Shown here one piece after another: positions 1-9,801 of a stretch of 39,676 nt of DNA. A model generated the notes under the pieces. The model saw only the letters and a program-made list of their open reading frames with translations. It was not told the DNA's origin and searched no databases. Positions within the stretch are counted from its first letter, which is position 1. Every line of letters begins with the position of its first letter. The DNA comes from Candidatus Nomurabacteria bacterium (GTDB lineage: Bacteria > Patescibacteriota > Minisyncoccia > Phycocordibacterales > UBA9973): contig JAHFNH010000006.1 of the NCBI GenBank assembly GCA_023267435.1, positions 1 to 39,676 of the forward strand. The letters are read 5' to 3'. Both the position numbers and the translations under genes were made by a program.

Positions 1-760
<760 letters not shown>

Positions 761-775
761 ATTTGAAAGTCACAG

Positions 776-874
776 TACGCCGATGAGGCGTATAAATAAA
801 AAACAACTCGCCTCAACGGCGAGTGCGCCGAAGAGGCGCAAAACAAAACAAACTGAGTGTGCCGATGAGGCACA
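776..874. repeat. Four short GCC-(5-nt loop)-GGC hairpins in the 23S-5S spacer
   Basis: TACGCC-GATGA-GGCGTA (776-792), ACTCGCC-TCAAC-GGCGAGT (806-824, inverted), TGCGCC-GAAGA-GGCGCA (824-840), TGTGCC-GATGA-GGCACA (858-874). Confidence 0.85.
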
Positions 875-888
875 AAATCAAGTTTTCA

Positions 889-998
<110 letters not shown>

Positions 999-1058
999 CG
1001 AGTACTTGATTTTTATCTCTTAAATTTAAACCTTTGAAATATAAGGTTTTTTGTGCTA

Positions 1059-1087
1059 TTGACTTTTTTGTATAAAAATGCTAATAT
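1059..1087 (+). promoter_or_regulatory. Sigma70-type promoter
   Basis: TTGACT-17 nt-TAATAT with extended TG. Confidence 0.65.
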
Positions 1088-1236
1088 GTTGGTAGGTTTT
1101 TCTACTTCCTTGATTAGTAGATATGGGGTGAATTGATAAACTCCCTTAAAGCCTAAAGGAAAAAAATAGTCTCGGTGCATGTTCCGATTAACAAGCTAGT
1201 CCTTAAGTACTTGGACGAAAATATGTACATTGAAAA

Positions 1237-1683
1237 ATGAAAACTATCAGCCAAATCGGGAGACAGGTCATTAACCGTCTTTTCAACGAAAAGTATAGAG
1301 TTGATCAACCATCTTATCCAGTTCACAGAACCGTTTGTTTTCCACAAGAAAACATAGATGAGTTCAAGAAAGATTTTTATTTAGAGAAATCAATAGAAAG
1401 TCAGAGTTCCCTTGATGGAATGGGAGTAGGATTGAAACGAACATTGATCTATGTGTGGGGGATTGAATTCGGATTGGTGTTTATTCCGACAAATGGAAAG
1501 GAATCGTTGTTGAATGCTTTTTTAAGAGACAAAGAAAATTTCAAGTTGAGACGAGGTATTCCTTCCCACATTGTTATGATTGATGGTTGGAATCATGTTG
1601 AAAAACAAAAATCTTTTGAGATTGTTTCTGTTTTTCGTATTTCTTTAAACCAAGAAGCGATAATTCAAAAACTTGTCAAGTAA
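1237..1683 (+). CDS. Hypothetical protein (148 aa)
   Basis: ORF between a consensus promoter and a terminator. No motif recognised. Confidence 0.65.
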   Translation: MKTISQIGRQVINRLFNEKYRVDQPSYPVHRTVCFPQENIDEFKKDFYLEKSIESQSSLDGMGVGLKRTLIYVWGIEFGLVFIPTNGKESLLNAFLRDKENFKLRRGIPSHIVMIDGWNHVEKQKSFEIVSVFRISLNQEAIIQKLVK

Positions 1684-1701
1684 TGTCATAAGATATATTG
1701 T

Positions 1702-1732
1702 AGGCTCATGTTGTAAAAACATGAGCCTTTTT
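1702..1732 (+). terminator. Intrinsic terminator
   Basis: AGGCTCATGTT...AACATGAGCCT followed by a T tract. Confidence 0.75.
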
Positions 1733-1792
1733 ATTTTATGTTATACTGTTTTTAAATAATCTTGTTTTGTATAAACTAAAAAATAAATAAAA

Positions 1793-1990
1793 ATGGCATC
1801 ACTAAACGAAGACCTTAAACAAAAGCTTACTAAATTAGCAAAAGATGGAAAACTCTATGCTGTACCTGATGAGGAGGCAAAGAGTGCATTTGATGCAATA
1901 CGGAAAGAGCTTGAACCATTAAATCGTGAATCAAAATTAAAACAATTTGGTTCTGAAATGAAGGCAAGAGATAGATTTTTTAATATATAA
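1793..1990 (+). CDS. Small hypothetical protein (65 aa)
   Basis: Charged helical ORF with an upstream TGtTATACT -10 box and a downstream terminator. Confidence 0.65.
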   Translation: MASLNEDLKQKLTKLAKDGKLYAVPDEEAKSAFDAIRKELEPLNRESKLKQFGSEMKARDRFFNI

Positions 1991-2006
1991 TCTTCTCTTT
2001 TAAAAC

Positions 2007-2042
2007 AAAAATCCCTTAGTAAAATAACTAAGGGATTTTTTT
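2007..2042 (+). terminator. Intrinsic terminator
   Basis: AAAAATCCCTTAGT...ACTAAGGGATTTTT. Confidence 0.75.
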
Positions 2043-2076
2043 ATTTAAACCAAATTAACATTAGGTTTTTTGTTGT

Positions 2077-2105
2077 TTGACTTTTTAATATCTACGTGCT
2101 AATAT
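2077..2105 (+). promoter_or_regulatory. Sigma70-type promoter
   Basis: TTGACT-17 nt-TAATAT with extended TG. Close copy of the promoter at 1059. Confidence 0.65.
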
Positions 2106-2154
2106 GTAAGAAATAAATTGTTAGTGAATATTCACCCTTTAAAATTATAAAATC

Positions 2155-2610
2155 ATGAAAAATAAAACTTATGTCGCTTCCATTTTTTTTGGATTAATTA
2201 CTTTTTATGTATTTCATTCCTCACTCCATTTTGACCTAATTCAATCAGGTCTTTTGTCCGGAATGGTTATATGCTGTTGTTCTATAACAGGCTTAGTGTC
2301 TAAGGATATATACGAGCGTGAAGCTACAGGTAAACCGGAAAAGGAATCTGTGCTTAAAAAACATTCTGGTAAAAAACTCAAAGTAGAGGCAAGTTTTTAT
2401 TATGAAAAAAAATCAGGCGATAACACAGTTGCAACTTTGTTTTCTTATCCCGGTAGTCGTGGAAATAATGGTAGTGGTGGTATTGAATTAATTTTCTGTT
2501 ACACAAGTAATAAATTTGAACCCGGTGATGTTATTGATATAACTTATCACGAGGAAGATAACAAATTGTGCTTTGTAGGAAAAGGAATTTTTAAAACTTC
2601 TGCTTTGTGA
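2155..2610 (+). CDS. Hypothetical membrane protein (two N-terminal hydrophobic segments, beta-rich C-terminal domain)
   Basis: Hydropathy pattern. Has its own promoter and terminator. Confidence 0.65.
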   Translation: MKNKTYVASIFFGLITFYVFHSSLHFDLIQSGLLSGMVICCCSITGLVSKDIYEREATGKPEKESVLKKHSGKKLKVEASFYYEKKSGDNTVATLFSYPGSRGNNGSGGIELIFCYTSNKFEPGDVIDITYHEEDNKLCFVGKGIFKTSAL

Positions 2611-2633
2611 ATTATTTCATTGTTAAAAATTTT

Positions 2634-2669
2634 AAGCCCCGAGTATCATTGATACCAGGGGCTTTTTTT
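2634..2669 (+). terminator. Intrinsic terminator between convergent genes
   Basis: AAGCCCC-GA-GTATC-ATT-GATAC-CA-GGGGCTT followed by a T tract. Confidence 0.7.
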
Positions 2670-2686
2670 ATTTCTATTTTTAAATT

Positions 2687-3421
2687 TTATTTAATCTGAA
2701 ACGAAGCTTTGACTGTCACCATTATTTCTTTCTGGATTTTGGAAGTGTCATACATTCCATAATCACTGACTTCAGCTGAATTGGGAGCCATGACTTGCAC
2801 CACGCCACTCGAGGCTGATTTTAATGTTCCGATTTTCTTTCCACCAGCTTCAGCGAGTTTATTTGCGCGAGCTTTAGCATCAGCAATCGCATCTGTTAAG
2901 AGTTCAATGCGAGCATCGGGAAGTTTGGAATAATAGTACTCAAGAGAATTTGTTACAAAAATAACACCTTTGTTGATAACAAGAGAATTGGTATTTTTAG
3001 CTAAGTCAGAAATTTTTTGAACATCGGCTGATTGTACTTCGATATTTTGTACGAGATTATAACTTTTCTCTGCTTGGCTGTTGTTGTCATAAATTTCATT
3101 CATCAAAACAGGGGAGACATCGATTTGTTCTGCGGGTATTCCATTGGAAGCTAAAAAGTTTTTTACTTCTTTCAAGTCGGCATCTAGTTTTACATATCCG
3201 TCTTTCACGGTGGAGAGTTTTACTACGCGAGTGATATTAGAAGTCCATTTTACTTTATCAGATGTATATTCTCTTTTAGCGGATCCGGTAGTAGTGATGT
3301 TATCTGTCGAACGAAGTGAATAAAATGTATAAGATGCGAGAGCAAAACTTATGATAATAGACAGACCTAAGATTAATCCGAAACCAATCAACTTTTGACT
3401 TGTTTTTTCTTTATTTTCCAT
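2687..3421 (-). CDS. SIMPL (DUF541) domain protein
   Basis: N-terminal TM. 'ITTTGSAKRE..SD', 'AIADAKARANKLAEAGG..IG.LKSAS.GV.Q', and C-terminal 'VTVKASFQIK'. Confidence 0.85.
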   Translation of the reverse strand: MENKEKTSQKLIGFGLILGLSIIISFALASYTFYSLRSTDNITTTGSAKREYTSDKVKWTSNITRVVKLSTVKDGYVKLDADLKEVKNFLASNGIPAEQIDVSPVLMNEIYDNNSQAEKSYNLVQNIEVQSADVQKISDLAKNTNSLVINKGVIFVTNSLEYYYSKLPDARIELLTDAIADAKARANKLAEAGGKKIGTLKSASSGVVQVMAPNSAEVSDYGMYDTSKIQKEIMVTVKASFQIK

Positions 3422-3490
3422 AAGCCTATTTTATAAAATATCAGGAATATAAGCAATTTATTTTGTTTTTAAATATGTTATCATAACCAT

Positions 3491-4273
3491 ATGACTTGGG
3501 CTTTCAGACGACAGCTTTTTTATTTGAGTATTTTTGTTGCCTTTTTGGCAATTTTGGGATTTTTAATAATTTACCCGCGTTTAACTAAAGCACCATCTTG
3601 TTCGGATGGAAAACAAAATGGTACCGAGACAGGGGTGGATTGTGGAGGTTCTTGCCAGATAGCCTGTACTTATCAAGTGGATCAAGTTTCGATACTTTGG
3701 TCTCGTGCTTTTGAAGTTGTGCCTGGACGATACAATGCTGTGGCTTATTTAGAAAACCATAATCAAAATACTGCGATCTATAAAATAGCTTATCGATTTC
3801 GTTTTGCTGACAAGGATAATATTTATATCGGCAAGAGAGAAGGCGAGGCTTATGTTCCTCCGTCAGGTAAATTTGCTATTTTTGAACCAGCTATCGATGT
3901 CGGGAATTCCGTTCCTGTTTATACAACTTTTGAATTCACTCAAGCTCCGACTTGGATACAAGTTTCTCAAGACAAGATTGATCAGTTGAAAGTCGCTGTC
4001 AGCCAGATTTCTTTGCAGAATGAAACTGTCAGTCCGAAATTAACCGCTACCATAAAAAATAATTCTCTTTTCCAAATTCCTGAAATAAACGTCGTGGCAA
4101 TTTTATACAACGCGGCCGGCAATGTCGTTTCAGCTAGTCGTACATATCTGGATGTGTTAAATGGAGAGGAGAGCGCTCCAGTCAGTTTTACTTGGCCGGA
4201 ACCTTTTACAGATAAAGTCATCGCTGAAGAAATAATTCCAGTTTACAACATTTTTAATGTTAAGTTGAAATAA
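3491..4273 (+). CDS. Membrane-anchored hypothetical protein with Cys-rich CSDGKQNG.ETGVDCGGSC motif
   Basis: N-terminal TM, Cys motif, two beta-sandwich-like repeats. Abuts rodA. Confidence 0.8.
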   Translation: MTWAFRRQLFYLSIFVAFLAILGFLIIYPRLTKAPSCSDGKQNGTETGVDCGGSCQIACTYQVDQVSILWSRAFEVVPGRYNAVAYLENHNQNTAIYKIAYRFRFADKDNIYIGKREGEAYVPPSGKFAIFEPAIDVGNSVPVYTTFEFTQAPTWIQVSQDKIDQLKVAVSQISLQNETVSPKLTATIKNNSLFQIPEINVVAILYNAAGNVVSASRTYLDVLNGEESAPVSFTWPEPFTDKVIAEEIIPVYNIFNVKLK

Positions 4274-5407
4274 ATGGCTAAGACTTCTTTTTTCAGGAGA
4301 ATAGACTGGCTTCTGTTGCTTTTTATTTTGCCGATACTTTCCGCTGGACTTGTTACGATGAAGTCTTTCGTGCCGGGTTCGTCCGAAGAAAATTTTTTCG
4401 GCAGACAGCTCATTTGGATCGGTGTTTCACTTGTCATATTTTTTATTTTTTCCTTCATTGATTTTAGATTTTTAAAGAGGACGGATATACTTGTTTCACT
4501 TTTTGTTTTTTTCTCGTTTCTCTTATTGTTACTTTTCGTCTTAGGTCATGCATCGCACGGAGCGAGAAGTTGGTTTTCATTAGGTTTCTTTTCTTTTCAG
4601 CCGTCGGATATGATGAAATTGGTAGTTATTTTGATTTTGGCAAAATATTTTTCTCGTCGCCATGTTGAGATTCGTAACTTAAAGCATATATTTATTTCTG
4701 GACTTTACGCTCTCATTCCTTTTCTTTTGGTTTTTTTTCACCCCGATTTCGGCTCGGCAATAATTATATTTTTCATCTGGTTCGGTATGACTTTAGTTTC
4801 CGGTATTTCCAAAAGGCATTTGGCTATCGTGGGAGCCGGAGGTCTTATCGTATTTTTTGTCTTATGGACTTCCGTTTTTGCTCCTTATCAGAAAGCCCGC
4901 ATTGTAAATTTTTTGAATCCCTTGGCCAATATTCACGGCTCAGGTTATAACGCTCTGCAGTCGACGATCGCTGTTGGTTCCGGACAAGTTCTTGGAAAAG
5001 GTTTAGGTTTCGGCACTCAGTCTAGATTAAAATTCTTGCCGGAATATCAGACAGATTTCGTCTTTGCGGCATTCTCAGAAGAGTGGGGCTTCATCGGTTC
5101 TATTTTAATAATTATTCTTTTTGGTCTGGTGGTCTGGCGTATTTTGTATAATGCTTCACTCGGAGCGACAAATTTCGAAATGCTTTTCGGTATCGGTGTT
5201 GCTATTTTTTTTATGAGTCATATATTTATAAATATCGGTATGAATTTAGGGCTTCTGCCTGTGACTGGAATCACTCTGCCTTTCATGAGTTATGGTGGTT
5301 CGCATCTTTTGACTGAATTCATGGCGCTTGGTATTCTCATGAGTATGCGTGGATATGCCAGACCGGCACATCGCGATGACATGAAGAATGAATTTTTAGG
5401 GGCATGA
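4274..5407 (+). CDS. rodA: Rod shape-determining protein RodA (SEDS family)
   Basis: GARSW, FQPSD..K, PDFGSA, GYNALQSTIAVGSG, LPEYQTDFVFA..EEWG, LPVTGITLPFMSYGGS. Confidence 0.92.
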   Translation: MAKTSFFRRIDWLLLLFILPILSAGLVTMKSFVPGSSEENFFGRQLIWIGVSLVIFFIFSFIDFRFLKRTDILVSLFVFFSFLLLLLFVLGHASHGARSWFSLGFFSFQPSDMMKLVVILILAKYFSRRHVEIRNLKHIFISGLYALIPFLLVFFHPDFGSAIIIFFIWFGMTLVSGISKRHLAIVGAGGLIVFFVLWTSVFAPYQKARIVNFLNPLANIHGSGYNALQSTIAVGSGQVLGKGLGFGTQSRLKFLPEYQTDFVFAAFSEEWGFIGSILIIILFGLVVWRILYNASLGATNFEMLFGIGVAIFFMSHIFINIGMNLGLLPVTGITLPFMSYGGSHLLTEFMALGILMSMRGYARPAHRDDMKNEFLGA

Positions 5408-6264
5408 TTATTTTAAACGGAAAAAAAATACAAGAAGAAATTTTAGCTTCAGTAAAAACTGAAGTGGCTTTTTTAGGTTTTCAGCCAGTTTTCTGCGATG
5501 TTTTCGTCGGGGAAGATCCAGTGTCTTCGCAGTACGTGCGTATGAAAGAAAGAATGGCAGAATCAGTCGGTATTAGTTTTCATAAAGCTTCTTTTCCTGC
5601 ATCTATCAGCACAGAAGATTTAATAAAAGAAATAAAAAAAATAAATGAGATGCAAAATATGTGCGGAGTTATTGTTCAGCTTCCTTTGCCAGATTCTTTA
5701 GATCGTAGAGCTGTTTTAGATGCAATAGATCCAGAGCTGGATGTTGATTGCTTAGGGACTGTTTCGAGTGAAAAATTTTACAGTGGTAAGCCGGCATTAA
5801 GTTTCCCGACAGCCTTGGCTTGTATGACTCTTTTAGATTCGACCGGTTTGGATTTGAAAGGCCTGTCTGCCGGTGGGGCAGATAAAAAAATAGTTGTTTT
5901 AGGTAATGGGGAATTGGTAGGCAAACCCGTTTCAGCACTGTTGCATTTTCGTGGATTGAGTTCTGTGACAGTTACTCGTGATACTCAAAATAAAGAAGAA
6001 CTTATCAAGCAAGCTGATGTGATAATTTCTGGCATGGGCAATGGAAAATATATAACTGGTGATATGATTAAAAATGGAGCAGTCTTGATTGATGCTGGTA
6101 CTTCGGAATCAACCGGTGGTATTGTCGGTGATGTTGATTTAGAATCAGTCAGAGATATTGCTGGATATGTCTCACCAGTGCCTGGGGGAGTAGGACCGGT
6201 TACCGTAGCTCAGCTTCTTAATAATGTATTACAAGTAGCTAAAACAAAAAACAATGAACAATAA
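5404..6264 (+). CDS. folD: Bifunctional methylene-THF dehydrogenase/cyclohydrolase
   Basis: YVRMK, GVIVQLPLP, DVDCL, LVGKP, IVGDVD, SPVPGGVGPVTVA. Confidence 0.93.
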   Translation: MIILNGKKIQEEILASVKTEVAFLGFQPVFCDVFVGEDPVSSQYVRMKERMAESVGISFHKASFPASISTEDLIKEIKKINEMQNMCGVIVQLPLPDSLDRRAVLDAIDPELDVDCLGTVSSEKFYSGKPALSFPTALACMTLLDSTGLDLKGLSAGGADKKIVVLGNGELVGKPVSALLHFRGLSSVTVTRDTQNKEELIKQADVIISGMGNGKYITGDMIKNGAVLIDAGTSESTGGIVGDVDLESVRDIAGYVSPVPGGVGPVTVAQLLNNVLQVAKTKNNEQ

Positions 6265-6802
6265 TATTTTTTTCTTTTTTTATAATCTCGCACATCACTT
6301 TGCTTTTTTCGATAAGCTAGTAGTTTTTATTGCTGATATTTTTCCGTACTTAGTTATTTTGTCATCTGGTTTATTCTTGGCTATATATTTAAAAATTTCT
6401 TTTTCAAAAAATATCTTTAAAGATTTACTAAACAAATGGAGAGAAATTAGTTTTGTTTTTTGTTCTGTAGTTTTTGCTACAGTATTTGATCAAATATTAA
6501 AATTTTTAATTCATACCCCTAGACCATTTTTAGCATTACCAAATGTTCAGGCTCTTTTTTCTGAAACAGGTTTTGCTTTTCCGTCTGGGCATGCGACTTT
6601 TTTTTCAGCGCTCGCATTTTCAATTTTCTTTTTAAATAAAAAAGCCGGTTATGTCTTTATGTTTTTCGCATTACTCATAGGCTTGGCGCGCATCATTGCC
6701 GGAGTGCATTTTCCTATAGATATCTTGGGGGGATTCATTTTAGGAATTGGAACAGCTTATTTAGTAAAGTCCATATTTGCATATTTTTTTAAAAATGTAT
6801 AG
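6254..6802 (+). CDS. PAP2 family phosphatase (undecaprenyl-diphosphatase-like)
   Basis: K.....PRP, FPSGHA and ARIIAGVHFPIDI motifs. Confidence 0.88.
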   Translation: MNNNIFFFFYNLAHHFAFFDKLVVFIADIFPYLVILSSGLFLAIYLKISFSKNIFKDLLNKWREISFVFCSVVFATVFDQILKFLIHTPRPFLALPNVQALFSETGFAFPSGHATFFSALAFSIFFLNKKAGYVFMFFALLIGLARIIAGVHFPIDILGGFILGIGTAYLVKSIFAYFFKNV

Positions 6803-6817
6803 AATAGCTCTATCGTT

Positions 6818-8179
6818 ATGTGGAAGAAAAGAATTTTAGCTTTAATAATACTTATTTTAGGCGCAGGAGTTGCCTTTTTTGTCTTCAAGACTGAGCCTCA
6901 ATTAAACAAACATTTTTCAACTCAAAGTTCATTTTGGAAGCAGACTCCATTCCGCCTTGGTTTAGACCTTTCCGGTGGAACACATTTGATCTACAAAGCT
7001 GATATTTCTCAAATCAAACCAGGACAGGTGAGTGATTCAATGAATGCTCTCCGTGATGTTATTGAACGCCGCGTGAACCTTTTCGGAGTTTCTGAGCCAG
7101 TCGTACAAGTACAAGAAGGTGGTTTTGTTTCCGGTGGGGAAGAGAAGTTGATCGTTGATTTACCTGGAGTTACTGATGTTGAAAAAGCTACACAAATGAT
7201 CGGTCAGACTCCACTATTGGAATTTAAAACTGAAGCACCTAAAGACGCTCCACAGAAATTAAATGTAGACAAAGATGGTAAGGCGACTTTAGACGTTGGT
7301 TCTCAATTCGTTTCCACAGAACTTTCAGGTAGATATTTAAAACAGGCTACTTTAGAATTCGATCAGAACACTAGAGAGCCAAAAGTTAGCTTGCAATTTG
7401 ATGATACAGGTACAGCTCTATTCGCAAAAATCACTAAAGAAAATATTGGCAAGATGGTTGCTATTTACTTGGACGGAGCACCAATTTCCACTCCCGTCGT
7501 TCGAGAAGAAATTCCAAACGGTCAAGCTGTCATCTCTGGTAATTTCACTCCAACCGAAGCAAAACAACTAGTAGGTAGATTAAATTCTGGTGCTCTTCCT
7601 GTTCCTATTTCTCTGCTTTCCAGACAAACAATCGGAGGTACATTAGGTATTAGTGCTGTGCATGCTGGAGTAAAAGCTGCTATTATCGGTTTCTTGATCG
7701 TCGCACTCTTCCTTCTTCTTTGGTACAGATTGCCTGGATTAATCGCAGTGCTTTCACTTTGTATTTACATTGTTATAATTTTAGCTTTGTTTAAATTATT
7801 GCCAGTTACTTTGACTGCTGCCGGTATTGCTGGATTCATTATTTCAATCGGTATTGCCGTGGATGCGAACGTTCTTATTTTCGAACGTGTGAAAGAAGAG
7901 CTTAAAGCTGGACGAACCGTTTCTGATGCAGTTGCTTCAGGTTTCGCCCGCGCATGGTTCTCTATCCGCGATTCAAATACTTCCAGTATTATCACTGCTA
8001 TTATTCTTTTCTGGTTCGGAACATCACTCATTAAAGGTTTTGCTTTGACGCTTGGTATGGGAGTCTTGGTTTCAATGTTCTCAGCTATCACAATCAGTAG
8101 AATTTTCCTTTCAGCTATTTCATTCGTAGGGGAGGGCAAGGTCGCTAGATTTTTATTTAATTCTGGCATTTCAAAATAA
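6818..8179 (+). CDS. secD: Protein translocase subunit SecD
   Basis: LGLDLSGG, RRVNLFGVSEP, GIAVDANVLIFERVKEE, IRDSN, KGFALTL. Confidence 0.97.
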   Translation: MWKKRILALIILILGAGVAFFVFKTEPQLNKHFSTQSSFWKQTPFRLGLDLSGGTHLIYKADISQIKPGQVSDSMNALRDVIERRVNLFGVSEPVVQVQEGGFVSGGEEKLIVDLPGVTDVEKATQMIGQTPLLEFKTEAPKDAPQKLNVDKDGKATLDVGSQFVSTELSGRYLKQATLEFDQNTREPKVSLQFDDTGTALFAKITKENIGKMVAIYLDGAPISTPVVREEIPNGQAVISGNFTPTEAKQLVGRLNSGALPVPISLLSRQTIGGTLGISAVHAGVKAAIIGFLIVALFLLLWYRLPGLIAVLSLCIYIVIILALFKLLPVTLTAAGIAGFIISIGIAVDANVLIFERVKEELKAGRTVSDAVASGFARAWFSIRDSNTSSIITAIILFWFGTSLIKGFALTLGMGVLVSMFSAITISRIFLSAISFVGEGKVARFLFNSGISK

Positions 8180-8188
8180 AAAAATCAT

Positions 8189-9094
8189 ATGTTTATCATA
8201 AAATACAAAAAAATATTCATCAGTATCTCAATGGCTTTGGTTGCTCTTTCTGTTATTTTCCTTTTAACTTTTGGCTTAAAGGTAGGTATTGATTTTAAAG
8301 GAGGTGCATTGATCGAAGTTTCTTATAAAGATGCTCGCCCTGTCCAAGCTGATTTAACTCCAGCACTTGAAGCCATGAATATCGGTTCAGTTCTTGTTCA
8401 ACCAACAGGTGACTCAGGTTATCTTATAAAGACTCGTGATTTATCTGAATCTGAACACACCACCCTTTTAAACACTCTTTCCGAAGGTGGTAAATTTCCA
8501 GTTGAAGAAAAGAGTTTCAATTCCATCGGTCCATCCGTCGGACGCGAGCTTACTCGTAAAGCAATCGTAGCTATTATATTAGTTTCACTTGCTATCATTA
8601 CTTTCATCGCTTACGCTTTCCGAAAAGTTTCCAAACCAGTTTCTTCTTGGAAATTCGGAATCATTGCGATCATCACACTTTTGCACGATGTTGCTATTCC
8701 TATCGGACTTTTCACATTGCTTAGTCATTACCAGGGAGCAGAAGTGGATACGTTGTTTGTGGTGGCAGTATTGACTGTATTAGGTCTTTCCGTTTCTGAC
8801 ACTATTGTTATCTTCGATCGTATTCGAGAAAATATCAAAAATAAAATGTCAGCAAACTTTGATGAGATAGTTGGACGTTCCTTGGAACAATCTTACCGCC
8901 GATCCATCAATACTTCTTTGACTGTTATCCTAGTACTTCTTTCTCTGTTCTTCTTCGGTCCTGCTTCTACTAGATACTTCTCTTTAATGCTCGTAACTGG
9001 AATGTTCTTCGGAACTTACTCCTCAATTTTCCTTGCTTCTCCTTTACTGGTTTGGGTTCAAGAGGCTCAAGATAGAAAAAAAGCTAAGAAATAA
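8189..9094 (+). CDS. secF: Protein translocase subunit SecF
   Basis: GIDFKGG, IGPSVG.EL, LLHDV, DTIVIFDRIREN, GTYSSIFLASP. Confidence 0.97.
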   Translation: MFIIKYKKIFISISMALVALSVIFLLTFGLKVGIDFKGGALIEVSYKDARPVQADLTPALEAMNIGSVLVQPTGDSGYLIKTRDLSESEHTTLLNTLSEGGKFPVEEKSFNSIGPSVGRELTRKAIVAIILVSLAIITFIAYAFRKVSKPVSSWKFGIIAIITLLHDVAIPIGLFTLLSHYQGAEVDTLFVVAVLTVLGLSVSDTIVIFDRIRENIKNKMSANFDEIVGRSLEQSYRRSINTSLTVILVLLSLFFFGPASTRYFSLMLVTGMFFGTYSSIFLASPLLVWVQEAQDRKKAKK

Positions 9095-9099
9095 TTTAT

Positions 9100-9130
9100 A
9101 AAAAACCGACTGTAATAGGTCGGTTTTTTT
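9100..9130 (+). terminator. Intrinsic terminator after secF
   Basis: AAAAAACCGAC...GTCGGTTTTTTT. Confidence 0.75.
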
Positions 9131-9236
9131 GTGATATAATGTACGTATATTATTAATAACTTAAATTAGCGTCGCGCTTCAACAGTACGCATACCCCAAG
9201 GGTGATTCTGTTGAATCACGTTATTCGCAAAATCAT

Positions 9237-9785
9237 ATGATGTATTTTTGGATAATTTTATTGGTAGTTTTGTTTTGGGCTGTTTTTTCTTTTAACGGTC
9301 TTGTCTCATTGCGCAATCGTGCCAAGGAAGCTTGGGCGGATATCGAAGTGCAATTAAAGCGCCGTTATGACCTTATTCCTAATTTAGTGAATACAGTGAA
9401 AGGTTATGCCACTCATGAATCTAGTGCCTTTGAAAATGTCACCAAGGCTCGCAGTGCTGCGATGGGCGCAGGGAATATCACAGACAAAGGTGTGGCTGAG
9501 AATCAACTTGCTGGCGCATTGAAATCTGTTTTTGCTATTGCTGAAGCGTACCCAGAATTAAAAGCCAACCAAAACTTTTTAGCTTTGCAATCAGAACTTT
9601 CCGACACTGAAAATAAAATTCAATCCGCTCGCAGATTTTATAATGCAAATGTCCGTGATCTGAATACTAAAGCAGAAGTTTTTCCATCAAATATAATAGC
9701 GAAAATATTTAATTTTTCTAAAATGGATTTCTTTGATCTAGGTGACAACGACGCCGCTCAGAATCCTGTAGAAGTAAAATTTTAA
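9237..9785 (+). CDS. lemA: LemA family protein
   Basis: AWADIEVQLKRRYDLIPNLV, AEAYPELKAN.NF, ARRFYN, FPSNIIA. Confidence 0.95.
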   Translation: MMYFWIILLVVLFWAVFSFNGLVSLRNRAKEAWADIEVQLKRRYDLIPNLVNTVKGYATHESSAFENVTKARSAAMGAGNITDKGVAENQLAGALKSVFAIAEAYPELKANQNFLALQSELSDTENKIQSARRFYNANVRDLNTKAEVFPSNIIAKIFNFSKMDFFDLGDNDAAQNPVEVKF

Positions 9786-9801
9786 TATTTTTTTAAATTC
9801 A

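Noticed and set aside
776-874. CRISPR array
   Set aside because: Units are about 17 bp with variable stems, irregular spacing and mixed orientation, and there are no cas genes in the window.
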